A stretch of DNA of 49,422 nucleotides from Nitrososphaeraceae archaeon. GTDB lineage: Archaea; Thermoproteota; Nitrososphaeria; Nitrososphaerales; Nitrososphaeraceae. Below are positions 39,737 to 49,422 of this stretch, piece after piece; the stretch's first letter is position 1, and the number at the start of each line of letters is the position of its first letter. The stretch covers positions 1 to 49,422 of the forward strand of contig JBIOZG010000036.1 of NCBI GenBank assembly GCA_044870765.1, given 5' to 3'. Position numbers and translations under genes: made by a program. The notes under the pieces are model-generated. The model had not been told where the DNA came from. It was given only the letters and a program-made list of their open reading frames with translations, and made no database searches.

Positions 39737-40617
39737 CTTTTAAAAGAAAATCAAGAGATCTAAATCAATATTTTAGTTTGCGAGAATCCCTTGTAAGATT
39801 TCTCAGAGAAGATATCGGGCAAGGAGATCTGACCAGTCAATACACTGTAGACGAGGGCTTAAAATCATCCTCGCAGATTATTTGTAAATCGGAAATTGCG
39901 GTAGTAGCTGGCCTTGAGGAGGCTAAGATAATATTTGAGATTTGTAACTGTGATTCAAAAGCTCTAGTCAATGATGGTGATATTGTAAAAAGAGGTATCA
40001 GAGTCATGAAAATAAATGGCAATACAAGAGCAATTCTAAAAGCTGAAAGAACAGCGTTAAACTTGATAATGCGTATGAGTGGAATCGCCACTGATACCAA
40101 GAGGTTTGTAGACATCGTGAAAACTGTTTCAAAGGATATAAAAGTCATGGGGACTAGAAAAACTGCTCCTGGTTTAAGATACTTTGATAAGAAATCAATA
40201 AAATTAGGCGGTGGACATTCGCATAGAAATACTCTCGATGAAATGATACTAATCAAGGATAACCATCTTGCAGTATCTACTTCTATCCAAAATGCTATAT
40301 CAAATGCAAGGCTCAAAGCCGGAAAGAATATGATGATAGAATGTGAAGTTAGCAATAAGAAATCATCAGTAGAGGCCATCAAAAGTGGAGCTGATATTAT
40401 TATGTTAGATAATTTTACTCCCGAAATGGCTCAGAAAACCATTTCCTATTTGAGAAAATCTGGTCTACGAGAAAAAGTTCTAATTGAAATATCCGGAGGC
40501 GTGAATATTTCAAATATTAAAGATTACGCATTGGCATTACCAGACATGATATCTATAGGATCATTAACCCATTCCAGCAATTCTATTGATTTTTCGATGA
40601 ATATGGAGTATGATTAA
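39733..40617 (+). CDS. nadC: Quinolinate phosphoribosyltransferase
   Basis: EDIG.GD, TRKTAPG, IKDNH, MLDN and SGG. Confidence 0.96.
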   Translation: MTFKRKSRDLNQYFSLRESLVRFLREDIGQGDLTSQYTVDEGLKSSSQIICKSEIAVVAGLEEAKIIFEICNCDSKALVNDGDIVKRGIRVMKINGNTRAILKAERTALNLIMRMSGIATDTKRFVDIVKTVSKDIKVMGTRKTAPGLRYFDKKSIKLGGGHSHRNTLDEMILIKDNHLAVSTSIQNAISNARLKAGKNMMIECEVSNKKSSVEAIKSGADIIMLDNFTPEMAQKTISYLRKSGLREKVLIEISGGVNISNIKDYALALPDMISIGSLTHSSNSIDFSMNMEYD

Positions 40618-40700
40618 TTTATTCTCTCCTTATTGTAAATTAGTTATTTTATCTCGTTACTACTAAAGATATCCCTAAAGATATCCATTTGACTATATGA

Positions 40701-41651
40701 TTAGGAAATCTTCAACATTCGTTCGATAGCAACCCTAGCCCTGTCCGCTATATGTTTTGGCACCTTTACTTCGTATTGATTGTGTACTAGTGAATCGACT
40801 ACTTTTTCTATTGTTATCTTTTTCATATACTTACACACAGCGTTTTCCTTAACTGGGATGAACATCTTGTCTGGATTTTCTTTTTTCATTCGATACATTA
40901 TACCTGTTTCTGTCGCAACAACAAATTGGCTACTATCTGATTTTTTAGCATGCTGCATCATTCCTTCAGTAGACAGTATGTGGGCCTTCTTGGATATATC
41001 ACCGGACGCTAAATTGTATAGAGTTGAAGAGGTGCAACCACATTCAGGATGGACCATGAATTCAGCATTGCTGTATTTTTGGAAAATATTATTAACGTCA
41101 GTGGCAGTGATACCCGCATGAACGTGGCATTCTCCTGGCCACACGTACAGATTTTTTCTTCCAGTGACCTGTCCTACATATGAGCCCAAAAACATGTCTG
41201 GCAAGAACAATATGTCGGTATCATAAGGTATACTGTTTACAACCTTGACTGCATTGGATGAAGTGCAACAATAATCAGAAAGAGCTTTGACCTCTGCGCT
41301 TGTATTGACGTAACTAACGACGACAGCTTGAGGATGTTCTTCTTTCCATTTCTTTAATTCAGATGAATTAATAGTTGACGCAAGGGAACATCCTGCATCT
41401 AGATCTGGAATCAGGACGGTCTTGTCAGGGCACAGAATTGAGGCAGTTTCTGCCATGAAATGTACGCCACAAAAAACAATGATGTCGGCATCCGTTTTTG
41501 CAGCTTCCCGGGATAATGCCAACGAATCGCCAATAAAATCAGCGATATCCTGAACTTCGGGGACTTGGTAATTGTGTGCCAAAATTATGGCGTTTCGTTG
41601 TTTCTTGAGCAAGTTTATCTGGTCAAAATGTATCGATTGGACTAATGTCAT
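40701..41651 (-). CDS. nadA: Quinolinate synthase
   Basis: ILAHNYQ, CGVHFMAE, GCSLA, CHVH and HPEC. Confidence 0.97.
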   Translation of the reverse strand: MTLVQSIHFDQINLLKKQRNAIILAHNYQVPEVQDIADFIGDSLALSREAAKTDADIIVFCGVHFMAETASILCPDKTVLIPDLDAGCSLASTINSSELKKWKEEHPQAVVVSYVNTSAEVKALSDYCCTSSNAVKVVNSIPYDTDILFLPDMFLGSYVGQVTGRKNLYVWPGECHVHAGITATDVNNIFQKYSNAEFMVHPECGCTSSTLYNLASGDISKKAHILSTEGMMQHAKKSDSSQFVVATETGIMYRMKKENPDKMFIPVKENAVCKYMKKITIEKVVDSLVHNQYEVKVPKHIADRARVAIERMLKIS

Positions 41652-41820
41652 CTGATGCGCTTGTTTTACATAAGTATAGATTTAAAGTAGTATAATTTAG
41701 GATAACATTGCCTATTTCACATACTGTGAGGGCAATACTTGCCACTTTGATTTTAACCTGAGAATATATGAAAAGTCCGCAGTAATAGATATATTATATT
41801 GTAAAGCAATCAACTGTCAA

Positions 41821-42003
41821 ATGCCAACTCATGGATCGTTAACAAAGGCAGGAAAAGTTAGAGGTCAAACACCTAAAATAGAGGGAAAAAAGAGAATCAG
41901 TCCGATATCAAAATTAAGAAATAAGATCAACTTTGTAAAGAGATTTGAAAAAAGACGCCAGCCCGGACAAAGAAAACCAGAACGTTCAGGCAGAAGACGT
42001 TGA
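41821..42003 (+). CDS. rps30e: 30S ribosomal protein S30e
   Basis: [16 protein letters not shown]. Confidence 0.96.
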   Translation: MPTHGSLTKAGKVRGQTPKIEGKKRISPISKLRNKINFVKRFEKRRQPGQRKPERSGRRR

Positions 42004-42098
42004 TCTGAATTTCTAAATCATTCTTATTTATTTTGATTCAAAGGCAGTATAATCAAGGACGTAAAACCAAATATTAAGAAAGTGCAAACTAGAATAAC

Positions 42099-42932
42099 AT
42101 GGAAAAAAGAATTGGAATAATCGGTTATGGAAGTATTGGTAAAGAAATCATTGCAGCAACAAGAAGACATGAGATTCCAAATGCTAAAATTGTAGCATTA
42201 TTAGATAAGGAATCTACAGTTTTCAACTCAGTAGACTATGATACCGGCGAATTGCATCTATTCTCAAATTTTGATGAATTCTATAACTCAAAGATCTATT
42301 CTAACATAGATATCATAATAGAATGTGCTTCAAAAGGAGCGGTCAAAGAATATGGCAAGAAAATTATCAAATCAAAAAAAGATCTGATTGTCTTGAGTGT
42401 AGGTGCCTTCTCTGATGAGGATTATTTGAGAGAGTTGCAGAATTTATCGAAATTGAATAACACCAGAATATTGATACCAACCGGTGCCATTGCCGGTCTG
42501 GACTCCATAAGGAGTGTAAAAAAATATCTGAATACCATAACAATTGTAACGACAAAGAATCCCAAGTCACTTGTAGGAGCACCATATTTCAAGAGGTCAA
42601 AAATAAGGATTGATGAGATTTCAAAGGAAACAGTCCTTTTTGAAGGTAATGCTGCTGATGCTATAGAACTTTTTCCTGCGAATGTGAATGTGGCAGTATC
42701 AATAGCATTGGCAGGAATTGGTTTGGTAAAGACACAAGTGAAGATTGTTGCAGATCCGACGCTATCAGTAAATAAACATGAAATTGTAGGCGAGGGTGCA
42801 TTTGGAAAATTACATATTGTCGTCCAAAATATACCAAGTCCTTCAAATCCCAGGACTAGTTATTTGGCATCACTGTCAGCTATTGAATGTCTAAGAGGTT
42901 TGTGTAATGAGAATTTCAGAATAGGAACTTGA
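42099..42932 (+). CDS. nadX: L-aspartate dehydrogenase
   Basis: GYGSIG, ECAS, GAIAGLD, FPANVNVA and NPRTS. Confidence 0.94.
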   Translation: MEKRIGIIGYGSIGKEIIAATRRHEIPNAKIVALLDKESTVFNSVDYDTGELHLFSNFDEFYNSKIYSNIDIIIECASKGAVKEYGKKIIKSKKDLIVLSVGAFSDEDYLRELQNLSKLNNTRILIPTGAIAGLDSIRSVKKYLNTITIVTTKNPKSLVGAPYFKRSKIRIDEISKETVLFEGNAADAIELFPANVNVAVSIALAGIGLVKTQVKIVADPTLSVNKHEIVGEGAFGKLHIVVQNIPSPSNPRTSYLASLSAIECLRGLCNENFRIGT

Positions 42933-42986
42933 ATTAGATAAATATTGACAGTTTATATGTGGAATATTTATTTGACAAGGTTAACT

Positions 42987-43289
42987 ATGAGTTACAACGG
43001 ATTTAAGACAAACGACATGTTTGGTCCAAAACCAGTAGAAGTAGGAAAGGAATACGATGTTCAGATCACGGAATTAAGCAGAAAAGGAGACGGAATAGCA
43101 AGAGTAGAAAGATTTGTATGTTTCATAAAGAATGGAAAGGTCGGCCAAAATGTAAGAGTAAAGATAACACAAGTTGGAAATAGATTTGCAACTGGAGAGA
43201 TTGTCAGTGACTCTGCTGAAAGTAATCAGGGTCAGACTGAAAGTGCACCGGCAAGTGCCGATGAAAGCGCAAAAGCCAGTACAGAATAG
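42987..43289 (+). CDS. Single TRAM-domain RNA-binding protein
   Basis: PKPVEVGKEYDV.I...SRKGDGIARV; ATG 42987. Confidence 0.9.
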   Translation: MSYNGFKTNDMFGPKPVEVGKEYDVQITELSRKGDGIARVERFVCFIKNGKVGQNVRVKITQVGNRFATGEIVSDSAESNQGQTESAPASADESAKASTE

Positions 43290-43412
43290 CCAACCATATC
43301 TCAATTACATTTGAAACTTCTAATTATTTTATATCTTTACAACTTTAATTTTTAGAATTATATTCGTCAATTAATATATTGTTAAATGTAAATTCTAAAT
43401 TAGTAAATTGAT

Positions 43413-43793
43413 TTGAATAATAATATCATTGCCATAATTGCAATTTCCTTTATTGTCGTTGGTTCGTTATGGGGAATTGGGAACATAATTTCTCAAAATA
43501 ATATACAGTTGTCAAAGGGTGAAGGTGTCCTATTGTTGATGAAAGATAATAAATTTAATGTTACTAATCCGGATATTAATGTTAAAGTAAATCAACCATT
43601 AAAAATTAGTATCGCAAATCAGGATTTTAGAAAACATGATTTTATTGTTGACGAGCTGAATGTAAATACCGGATTTATATCAAGCGGACAAGATTTTAGC
43701 ACTGTAATCGCATCAGATAAAGAAGGAGTCCTCAGATATTATTGTTCGATTCATCCGGGAGTCATGGAAGGAAAAATTATGGTCAAGAATTAA
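43413..43793 (+). CDS. Membrane-anchored cupredoxin (blue copper) domain protein
   Basis: N-terminal TM segment; HDF and YYCSIHPGVMEG type-1 Cu ligands. Confidence 0.88.
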   Translation: MNNNIIAIIAISFIVVGSLWGIGNIISQNNIQLSKGEGVLLLMKDNKFNVTNPDINVKVNQPLKISIANQDFRKHDFIVDELNVNTGFISSGQDFSTVIASDKEGVLRYYCSIHPGVMEGKIMVKN

Positions 43794-43859
43794 ACAAAAA
43801 ATCTATCAGTACAGTCAAAGTCAAATATCGGTATTACCAAAAATTTCCTTGTAATAATG

Positions 43860-44021
43860 TCAGCTCTTAAACGAATCAGTTAGTTTTTTGTGATATATGC
43901 TCTTACAGCCATCTTTGTGCAGGATATCCTCTGGCATCAAGCGTAGGTGTTTCATTTTTTTCTTATCATATATTGTGCTCAAGAATTTGTAGCAGATAGA
44001 ACACACAGATTCTGTCTCCAT
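43860..44021 (-). CDS. 53-aa putative zinc-binding microprotein (not in the ORF track)
   Basis: Manual translation METESVCSICYKFLSTIYDKKKMKHLRLMPEDILHKDGCKSIYHKKLTDSFKS. Confidence 0.5.
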   Translation of the reverse strand: METESVCSICYKFLSTIYDKKKMKHLRLMPEDILHKDGCKSIYHKKLTDSFKS

Positions 44022-44170
44022 ATACTCTGATTTCTAATACCTGAATATAATCAATCTTTTATCTGCATGGATGTCTAGACATAGAAATAGAATTATGCGT
44101 CCTTTTTAATTCAAGTCAATCAGAAAATAAACCAACACTTAAAATTAGGCAAAAAACTCACTCTAGAAAA

Positions 44171-44329
44171 ATGGCTGCACGAAAGAATACATCGAGGAAA
44201 AAGAGATTAATAAGGAGAGTTAAACAAAACAGACCAGTGCCAGCCTGGGTAATAATTCGAACCCATCGTCATGTTAGAACCAATCCAAAGCGAAGAGTTT
44301 GGCGAAGATCGGATGTAAATGTAGGTTAG
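44171..44329 (+). CDS. rpl39e: 50S ribosomal protein L39e (not in the ORF track)
   Basis: KQNRPVPAWV..RT...NPKRR.WRR; directly upstream of L31e. Confidence 0.97.
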   Translation: MAARKNTSRKKRLIRRVKQNRPVPAWVIIRTHRHVRTNPKRRVWRRSDVNVG

Positions 44330-44341
44330 GAGTGAAACAAA

Positions 44342-44776
44342 ATGTCTGAAGAAAATACAGCCAGAATATACACGGTGAACTTAGCCAAGGCGTGGGATAC
44401 TCCAAGGTACAGAAGGACTGATAGAGTAATTAACATCATAAAGGAATTTACTCAACGCCATATGCAGACTGACAAAGTCAAGATAGATCAAGATTTGAAT
44501 AGACATATCTGGTCAAGAGGAAAAAAGAACCCACCAAGGAAGATAAGATTAAGAATGGTAAAAGAAGACGATGATACAGTAGTGGTCAGCTCATACATTG
44601 AAGAAAAAAGAACCGAGGCAGAATCCGAAGAGACAATGTCAGAAGAACCGGTTGAAAAGCAAGTAGAAGAACAAAAAGAAGACAAAGTAGAACTCGAAGA
44701 AGAACCGGTTGAAAAGCAAGTAGAAGAACAAAAAGAAGACAATGTTCAGGCAAAACAGAAAGAAAAAAGTAAATAG
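44342..44776 (+). CDS. rpl31e: 50S ribosomal protein L31e with acidic C-terminal extension
   Basis: RIYTVNL and IWSRG..NPPRKIR. Confidence 0.96.
   Translation: MSEENTARIYTVNLAKAWDTPRYRRTDRVINIIKEFTQRHMQTDKVKIDQDLNRHIWSRGKKNPPRKIRLRMVKEDDDTVVVSSYIEEKRTEAESEETMSEEPVEKQVEEQKEDKVELEEEPVEKQVEEQKEDNVQAKQKEKSK
44641..44742 (+). repeat. 45-bp exact direct repeat (57-bp period) in the L31e tail
   Basis: 44641-44685 equals 44698-44742; EEPVEKQVEEQKED x2. Confidence 0.92.
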
Positions 44777-44872
44777 AAATAAAGTTAGTTATTTAGAATA
44801 TCTTTTTTATCTTTTGAGTTAATTTCTGAAAAATATACAAGATTGAAATTCAGAAAATAAACAAATTTCTGA

Positions 44873-45838
44873 TTAGTCGATTAACGGTAATGGTAGGTCA
44901 ATATTTGGATGTGATTCTGGTATATCCCAATCTAGAACGTTTTCGTCAGGTATCTGATTGAGAGGATCGTAGGAATCAAATTTTGTTCTTCCTTTTATCG
45001 TCGCAATGAGATGCATATTATTTCTAGAAGAATCAGTAACTACGAATGAGACATCATTTGTATCTCCATCCATTGAATTTTGATAACTACTCAAAATCTC
45101 GTTTAGCCTTCCAATTGGTTCATATCTTCCGCCATTTACATATAGAATAGATTTTGCTATCGATGATGTTCCCAATGATGAATAAAGCTGGGCAATAAGA
45201 TCTTTGATGCCATCTTCAATATTGTTCTCTTTCAATGTTCCGGAAACTAGATTTGTTCCTAAATTCATCTCTATCTCAGGAATTAAATTAATTGTGTTGA
45301 GGACTATTTCATCGGATATTTTGGAGCACTCTTCTACTGTTAGTTGAGGATTTATTTCTATATATGCATCATTGTCAACAACAAAGTTGATGTCAGAATT
45401 TAGTGATATTCTTTTTAATGATACGCTTGCGTGAAACAATTTGTCCTTCTCATGTCCAAACGGCATGGTCACAAGTGAAATTACTCTTTTGCCAAGCATA
45501 GATTTTGCAATATGCGAAACTACTGGTGCAATGGCAATACCTGATTTATCGGACAAACTGGCTACCAAAATGATGGTTTTATAACCTGATAATTTTGAGC
45601 AAATCTCTTCTTTATGAGACTCTACAAATGACCGGATTTTGTAGCTTGAAGGATTTATCCAAGTGTCGCAATCAATATGAACTGAGTTGCAGTCATTTAG
45701 CTCTTCTTGATTGTTACTAATTAGTACAAAATCATGTTCCCCATTGCTTAATTTTGATACGACTTTCCGACCAATTTTACCTATTCCGACTAATAACGAA
45801 GGCTTTCGTAATTCAATACAATCATCTGACACCGCCAA
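44873..45838 (-). CDS. ftsZ: Divergent FtsZ/tubulin-like protein
   Basis: VGIGKIG, IAP.V..IAK, MPF..E and VDND; the GGGTG signature is absent. Confidence 0.75.
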   Translation of the reverse strand: MAVSDDCIELRKPSLLVGIGKIGRKVVSKLSNGEHDFVLISNNQEELNDCNSVHIDCDTWINPSSYKIRSFVESHKEEICSKLSGYKTIILVASLSDKSGIAIAPVVSHIAKSMLGKRVISLVTMPFGHEKDKLFHASVSLKRISLNSDINFVVDNDAYIEINPQLTVEECSKISDEIVLNTINLIPEIEMNLGTNLVSGTLKENNIEDGIKDLIAQLYSSLGTSSIAKSILYVNGGRYEPIGRLNEILSSYQNSMDGDTNDVSFVVTDSSRNNMHLIATIKGRTKFDSYDPLNQIPDENVLDWDIPESHPNIDLPLPLID

Positions 45839-45926
45839 TCAACCCCTAATCAGAACATTGCCTATTAGAATAAAAATTTAGTTGATTAAATCTAGTATCT
45901 TATTTGGTACAAAAATGTTGATAAGA

Positions 45927-47315
45927 TTATGGGAATTTGGAAATTAATTCCCCTAGTAACGAATAATTTGAAATTTCTATCACCTTTATTGATAGATATT
46001 GCCCTAACAATTGCTTCGGATCAAATTTTTTTGGTCCTGGAATTTCTATTATTACTGGCTTATATGCATAATTTCTGCCCTGTATTTTCCCCTCATCTAA
46101 CAGTTCATCTATCAAAATCTGTCCCTTCCACCCGTACCAAATTTGATTTCTTCTCATTGTTGTTTTCCTGATTATCGTATGAAGTCTTGTACTTCTTTCT
46201 TTAACAACCTTTGTACTCAGTCTTGGATATTTGGCCGCAAGCGTTCCAGGACGAGGACTAAATCTTGAAGAATTAATGACATCCGGTTGACTTTCTTCAA
46301 TAAGGCTCAGGGTCTCTTCAAAATCTCTCTCAGATTCGGATGGAAATCCAGTAATAATATCCGTAGAAATTGTTATCTCAGGTATTTTTTTCCTAAGTTC
46401 TTTTACCACATCGAGAAATATTTTAGCAGTATGCCCCCTTTTCATTTTGCGTAGTATTCTTTCGCTACCGCTTTGCACAGGCATATGTAAAAACTTGAAG
46501 ACCTTGTCATTATTGCGATAAAGTGAAATTAATCTGTCTAGAAATCTCGGAACATACATTGGATTCATCATACCAACGCGGATTTTATAATCGCCCTCAA
46601 TGTTAGAAGACTTTTCCAGTAGGTCAACTAGATCAGTTTTCAAATCCAACCCGTAGCAGCCATTATCGGTAGAAGTTAACCAAATTTCCTTACAATTTGA
46701 TGCTACGTCATCTTTAACCTGTCGTAGTATGTCACCTATTCTGTAACTTGTTAGAGTGCCCTTTGCCAGTTTCGTTTGACAAAAGCTACATTCACTAAGA
46801 CATCCGCTGGAGATTTGAATAATACTGACTACTGGATTTAGTCTCATTTTCGGTAGGTTTACCTTTGTTGACATTGAATCATCTAACGCCACAATTTTCT
46901 GACCGTTCAAAGATCCGTCAACGATTTCTACCGTTCTATTCAACGACTGTGGTCCCAAGAGAGATGAGTTGGGGGAAAATGATTCGACTAATTTTTTGCT
47001 TGTTTTTGGCAAACAACCGGCTACAACTAATGGTTTTTCCCTTGAGTATTTTTTTATCTTTGAAATCATCCTGTGTTCAGTAGCATCTTTTACAGCGCAT
47101 GTTACTATGATGTTAAGATCCGAGTTCTTTCTATTGGCAGTCAATTCATAGCCGCTATTGTAAAGTATACCTTTGATCATCTCTGCATCCGCGATATTAG
47201 CCGAACATCCAAATGCTTGTACCCAGACTTTTCTTTTATCGTGGAATTTAAAATCTGGAGACCCTGGTGTAGTGTTATTGCTTGAAAAAATTGAGAAACG
47301 ATTATCTTTATTCAA
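45927..47315 (-). CDS. mtaB: MiaB-like radical-SAM tRNA methylthiotransferase (archaeal MtaB)
   Basis: FGCSAN, TCAVK, AGCLP, C...CSFC, HMPVQSGS and a C-terminal TRAM domain. Confidence 0.92.
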   Translation of the reverse strand: MNKDNRFSIFSSNNTTPGSPDFKFHDKRKVWVQAFGCSANIADAEMIKGILYNSGYELTANRKNSDLNIIVTCAVKDATEHRMISKIKKYSREKPLVVAGCLPKTSKKLVESFSPNSSLLGPQSLNRTVEIVDGSLNGQKIVALDDSMSTKVNLPKMRLNPVVSIIQISSGCLSECSFCQTKLAKGTLTSYRIGDILRQVKDDVASNCKEIWLTSTDNGCYGLDLKTDLVDLLEKSSNIEGDYKIRVGMMNPMYVPRFLDRLISLYRNNDKVFKFLHMPVQSGSERILRKMKRGHTAKIFLDVVKELRKKIPEITISTDIITGFPSESERDFEETLSLIEESQPDVINSSRFSPRPGTLAAKYPRLSTKVVKERSTRLHTIIRKTTMRRNQIWYGWKGQILIDELLDEGKIQGRNYAYKPVIIEIPGPKKFDPKQLLGQYLSIKVIEISNYSLLGELISKFP

Positions 47316-47431
47316 ATATCGTCAACTATAACTGAAATCGTTGGTACTATATCAATTAATTTGTACCAGCCCATATGTCGACACGTCACCGCATTGTGAT
47401 GCAGGCTTCGCGTTCAAATTACTTTAGATTT

Positions 47432-48784
47432 CTAGGTTTTGATTTTCAGAAAGATATCTGATTTTATTATTTTTTCAGTGGCATTAAGCAGATTCTTTAT
47501 ATCCTTTACATCGTGAACAGTTGAGATCGCACCCATTTTGCGAGGCAGGAAAAATATTCCGTGTTTGGCCATCAACGCGAAGTGGTATCGCAAAAGACCC
47601 TGGATATCAGATAATGCTACATCATTCGCGTTTGTTATTTCGTTTACCTTATCTGTAAGAAAATGTGTGAGAAAAAGGGAACCAATACCAGTAACTTGTG
47701 TTCTCAGCCCATAATCTGAAAATAATTTTCTCAATCCATTCCTTGCCATATCCCCTAACTTATTGATTTTATTATAAATCGTCTTACGATTTTGATTGAG
47801 ATAGTCTAAAGTTGCGTAACCTGCAGTCATTGTCAGTGGATTCGAAGAAAAGGTCCCACCGCCGATATAACATATCTGTTCCTTATTCATGTTTTCAACT
47901 GGATTTGCTACTTTCATTATTTCTTTTTTGCCACACAATACTCCTATCGGAAGCCCACCGCCAACAATTTTCCCAAGCGTAATCATATCTGGATCCAGAT
48001 GATAGACAGACGAATAGCTTCCAAAATTAAATCTAAACCCAGTTACAATTTCATCCAAGACAAACAGTATGCCATTCCTTTTACAGTACTCTTCTAAACC
48101 TCTTAGGTAATTGATATCTGCAGGAATACAACCCCCACCACCCAGTATCGGTTCAAGAATAACGCATGCTAAGTCATCTTTTACACTGTCTAGTAATTTG
48201 ATGGATCGGTCAAGATCATTGTATGGAATTGATTCGACAAAATCACCTTCCCTTCCAGTCATACCTACTCCTTCATCAATTTCAAATGGATAATTCACAG
48301 ATTGCATCAAGTCAGTATTAAATCCATGCCACCCGCCTATTGTTTTACAAATAATCCTTTTTTTGGTTACAGCTCTAGCAATTCTAATAGCATACATTGT
48401 AGCTTCTGATCCAGTAGTACAGAATCTTAAAAGTTCGCTAGTAGGGATCGATTTCTTAATAGTTTCTCCCAAATTAACGCTGATATCATTTGCAGTACCA
48501 TATAGTGTGCCCTTACGTATTTGTCGAGCAAGCTTCTTAACAACAAAAGTGGGGGAATGGCCAAGGACTAATGCCCAGTGTCCCATCCAGTAGTCGACAA
48601 ACTTATTCCCGTCAACGTCAAAAAGATGCTTATCTTTTGCCTTATTCACAAAAAATGGATAAGGTTTGAAAAATCGAATGTTATGACTAATGCCTCCTGG
48701 AAAAATATTTACAGAATTATCATAAGCTTTTTTTGAGTTGTGAGTTTTTTTTTCATATAGACCGTTTAGAGTGTCGTGTGTCAC
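47432..48784 (-). CDS. hemL: Glutamate-1-semialdehyde 2,1-aminomutase-like class III aminotransferase
   Basis: PGG.SH, DVDGN..VDY, DEIVTGFR, GKIVGGGLPIG and GTFS.NP. Confidence 0.85.
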   Translation of the reverse strand: MTHDTLNGLYEKKTHNSKKAYDNSVNIFPGGISHNIRFFKPYPFFVNKAKDKHLFDVDGNKFVDYWMGHWALVLGHSPTFVVKKLARQIRKGTLYGTANDISVNLGETIKKSIPTSELLRFCTTGSEATMYAIRIARAVTKKRIICKTIGGWHGFNTDLMQSVNYPFEIDEGVGMTGREGDFVESIPYNDLDRSIKLLDSVKDDLACVILEPILGGGGCIPADINYLRGLEEYCKRNGILFVLDEIVTGFRFNFGSYSSVYHLDPDMITLGKIVGGGLPIGVLCGKKEIMKVANPVENMNKEQICYIGGGTFSSNPLTMTAGYATLDYLNQNRKTIYNKINKLGDMARNGLRKLFSDYGLRTQVTGIGSLFLTHFLTDKVNEITNANDVALSDIQGLLRYHFALMAKHGIFFLPRKMGAISTVHDVKDIKNLLNATEKIIKSDIFLKIKT

Positions 48785-48946
48785 TACAACAATCCTTTAC
48801 AAGACCTATTTATTACGATTATGAAATTTCAAAAAAAATAAAAAAAGATTATCATACAAAAGAACAATTGACATTGAGCAAACTGAACTTTATAATGAAT
48901 TCTATCGTATTGAATGATATTGAATCCATCATCTAGTTAGTTCTAA

Positions 48947-49422
<476 letters not shown>

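Noticed and set aside
40663-40686. 12-bp tandem repeat CTAAAGATATCC x2 between nadC and nadA
   Set aside because: A real but short slippage duplication in a convergent spacer, with no functional indication
47365-47420. GC-rich intergenic patch with GTTCAAAT and a C-box-like GTGATG
   Set aside because: No cloverleaf and no correctly ordered C/D boxes

Overview
This is an AT-rich archaeal chromosomal segment. The urease, Alba, Rpo7-Spt4, L39e/L31e/S30e, divergent FtsZ, cobalamin, NAD and cupredoxin genes point to a soil-type ammonia-oxidising archaeon (Nitrososphaeraceae; my inference). It has three parts. (1) About 1-16.5 kb is an accessory-looking region ending at an intron-containing tRNA-Arg(CCT). 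It carries a heat-shock block (hsp20-cdc48, thermosome), many CxxC microproteins, three copies of a ~50-bp repeat that bracket single secreted-protein genes, a ~360-nt non-coding stretch that folds extensively, a 15-bp copy of the tRNA 3' end, and an inverted, pseudogenised duplicate of the first ORF. (2) About 16.7-28.6 kb holds a short CysRS-like ligase/GNAT pair and a nitrogen locus: ureABC, a His-tailed divergent chaperonin, a UreA-like orphan, an unusual ureohydrolase and a sodium:solute symporter. No ureEFGD genes are present in the window. (3) About 29-49.4 kb is mostly core housekeeping genes, ending in the 3' part of a minus-strand 23S rRNA. All calls come from motif recognition and manual reading; no searches or folding programs were run.
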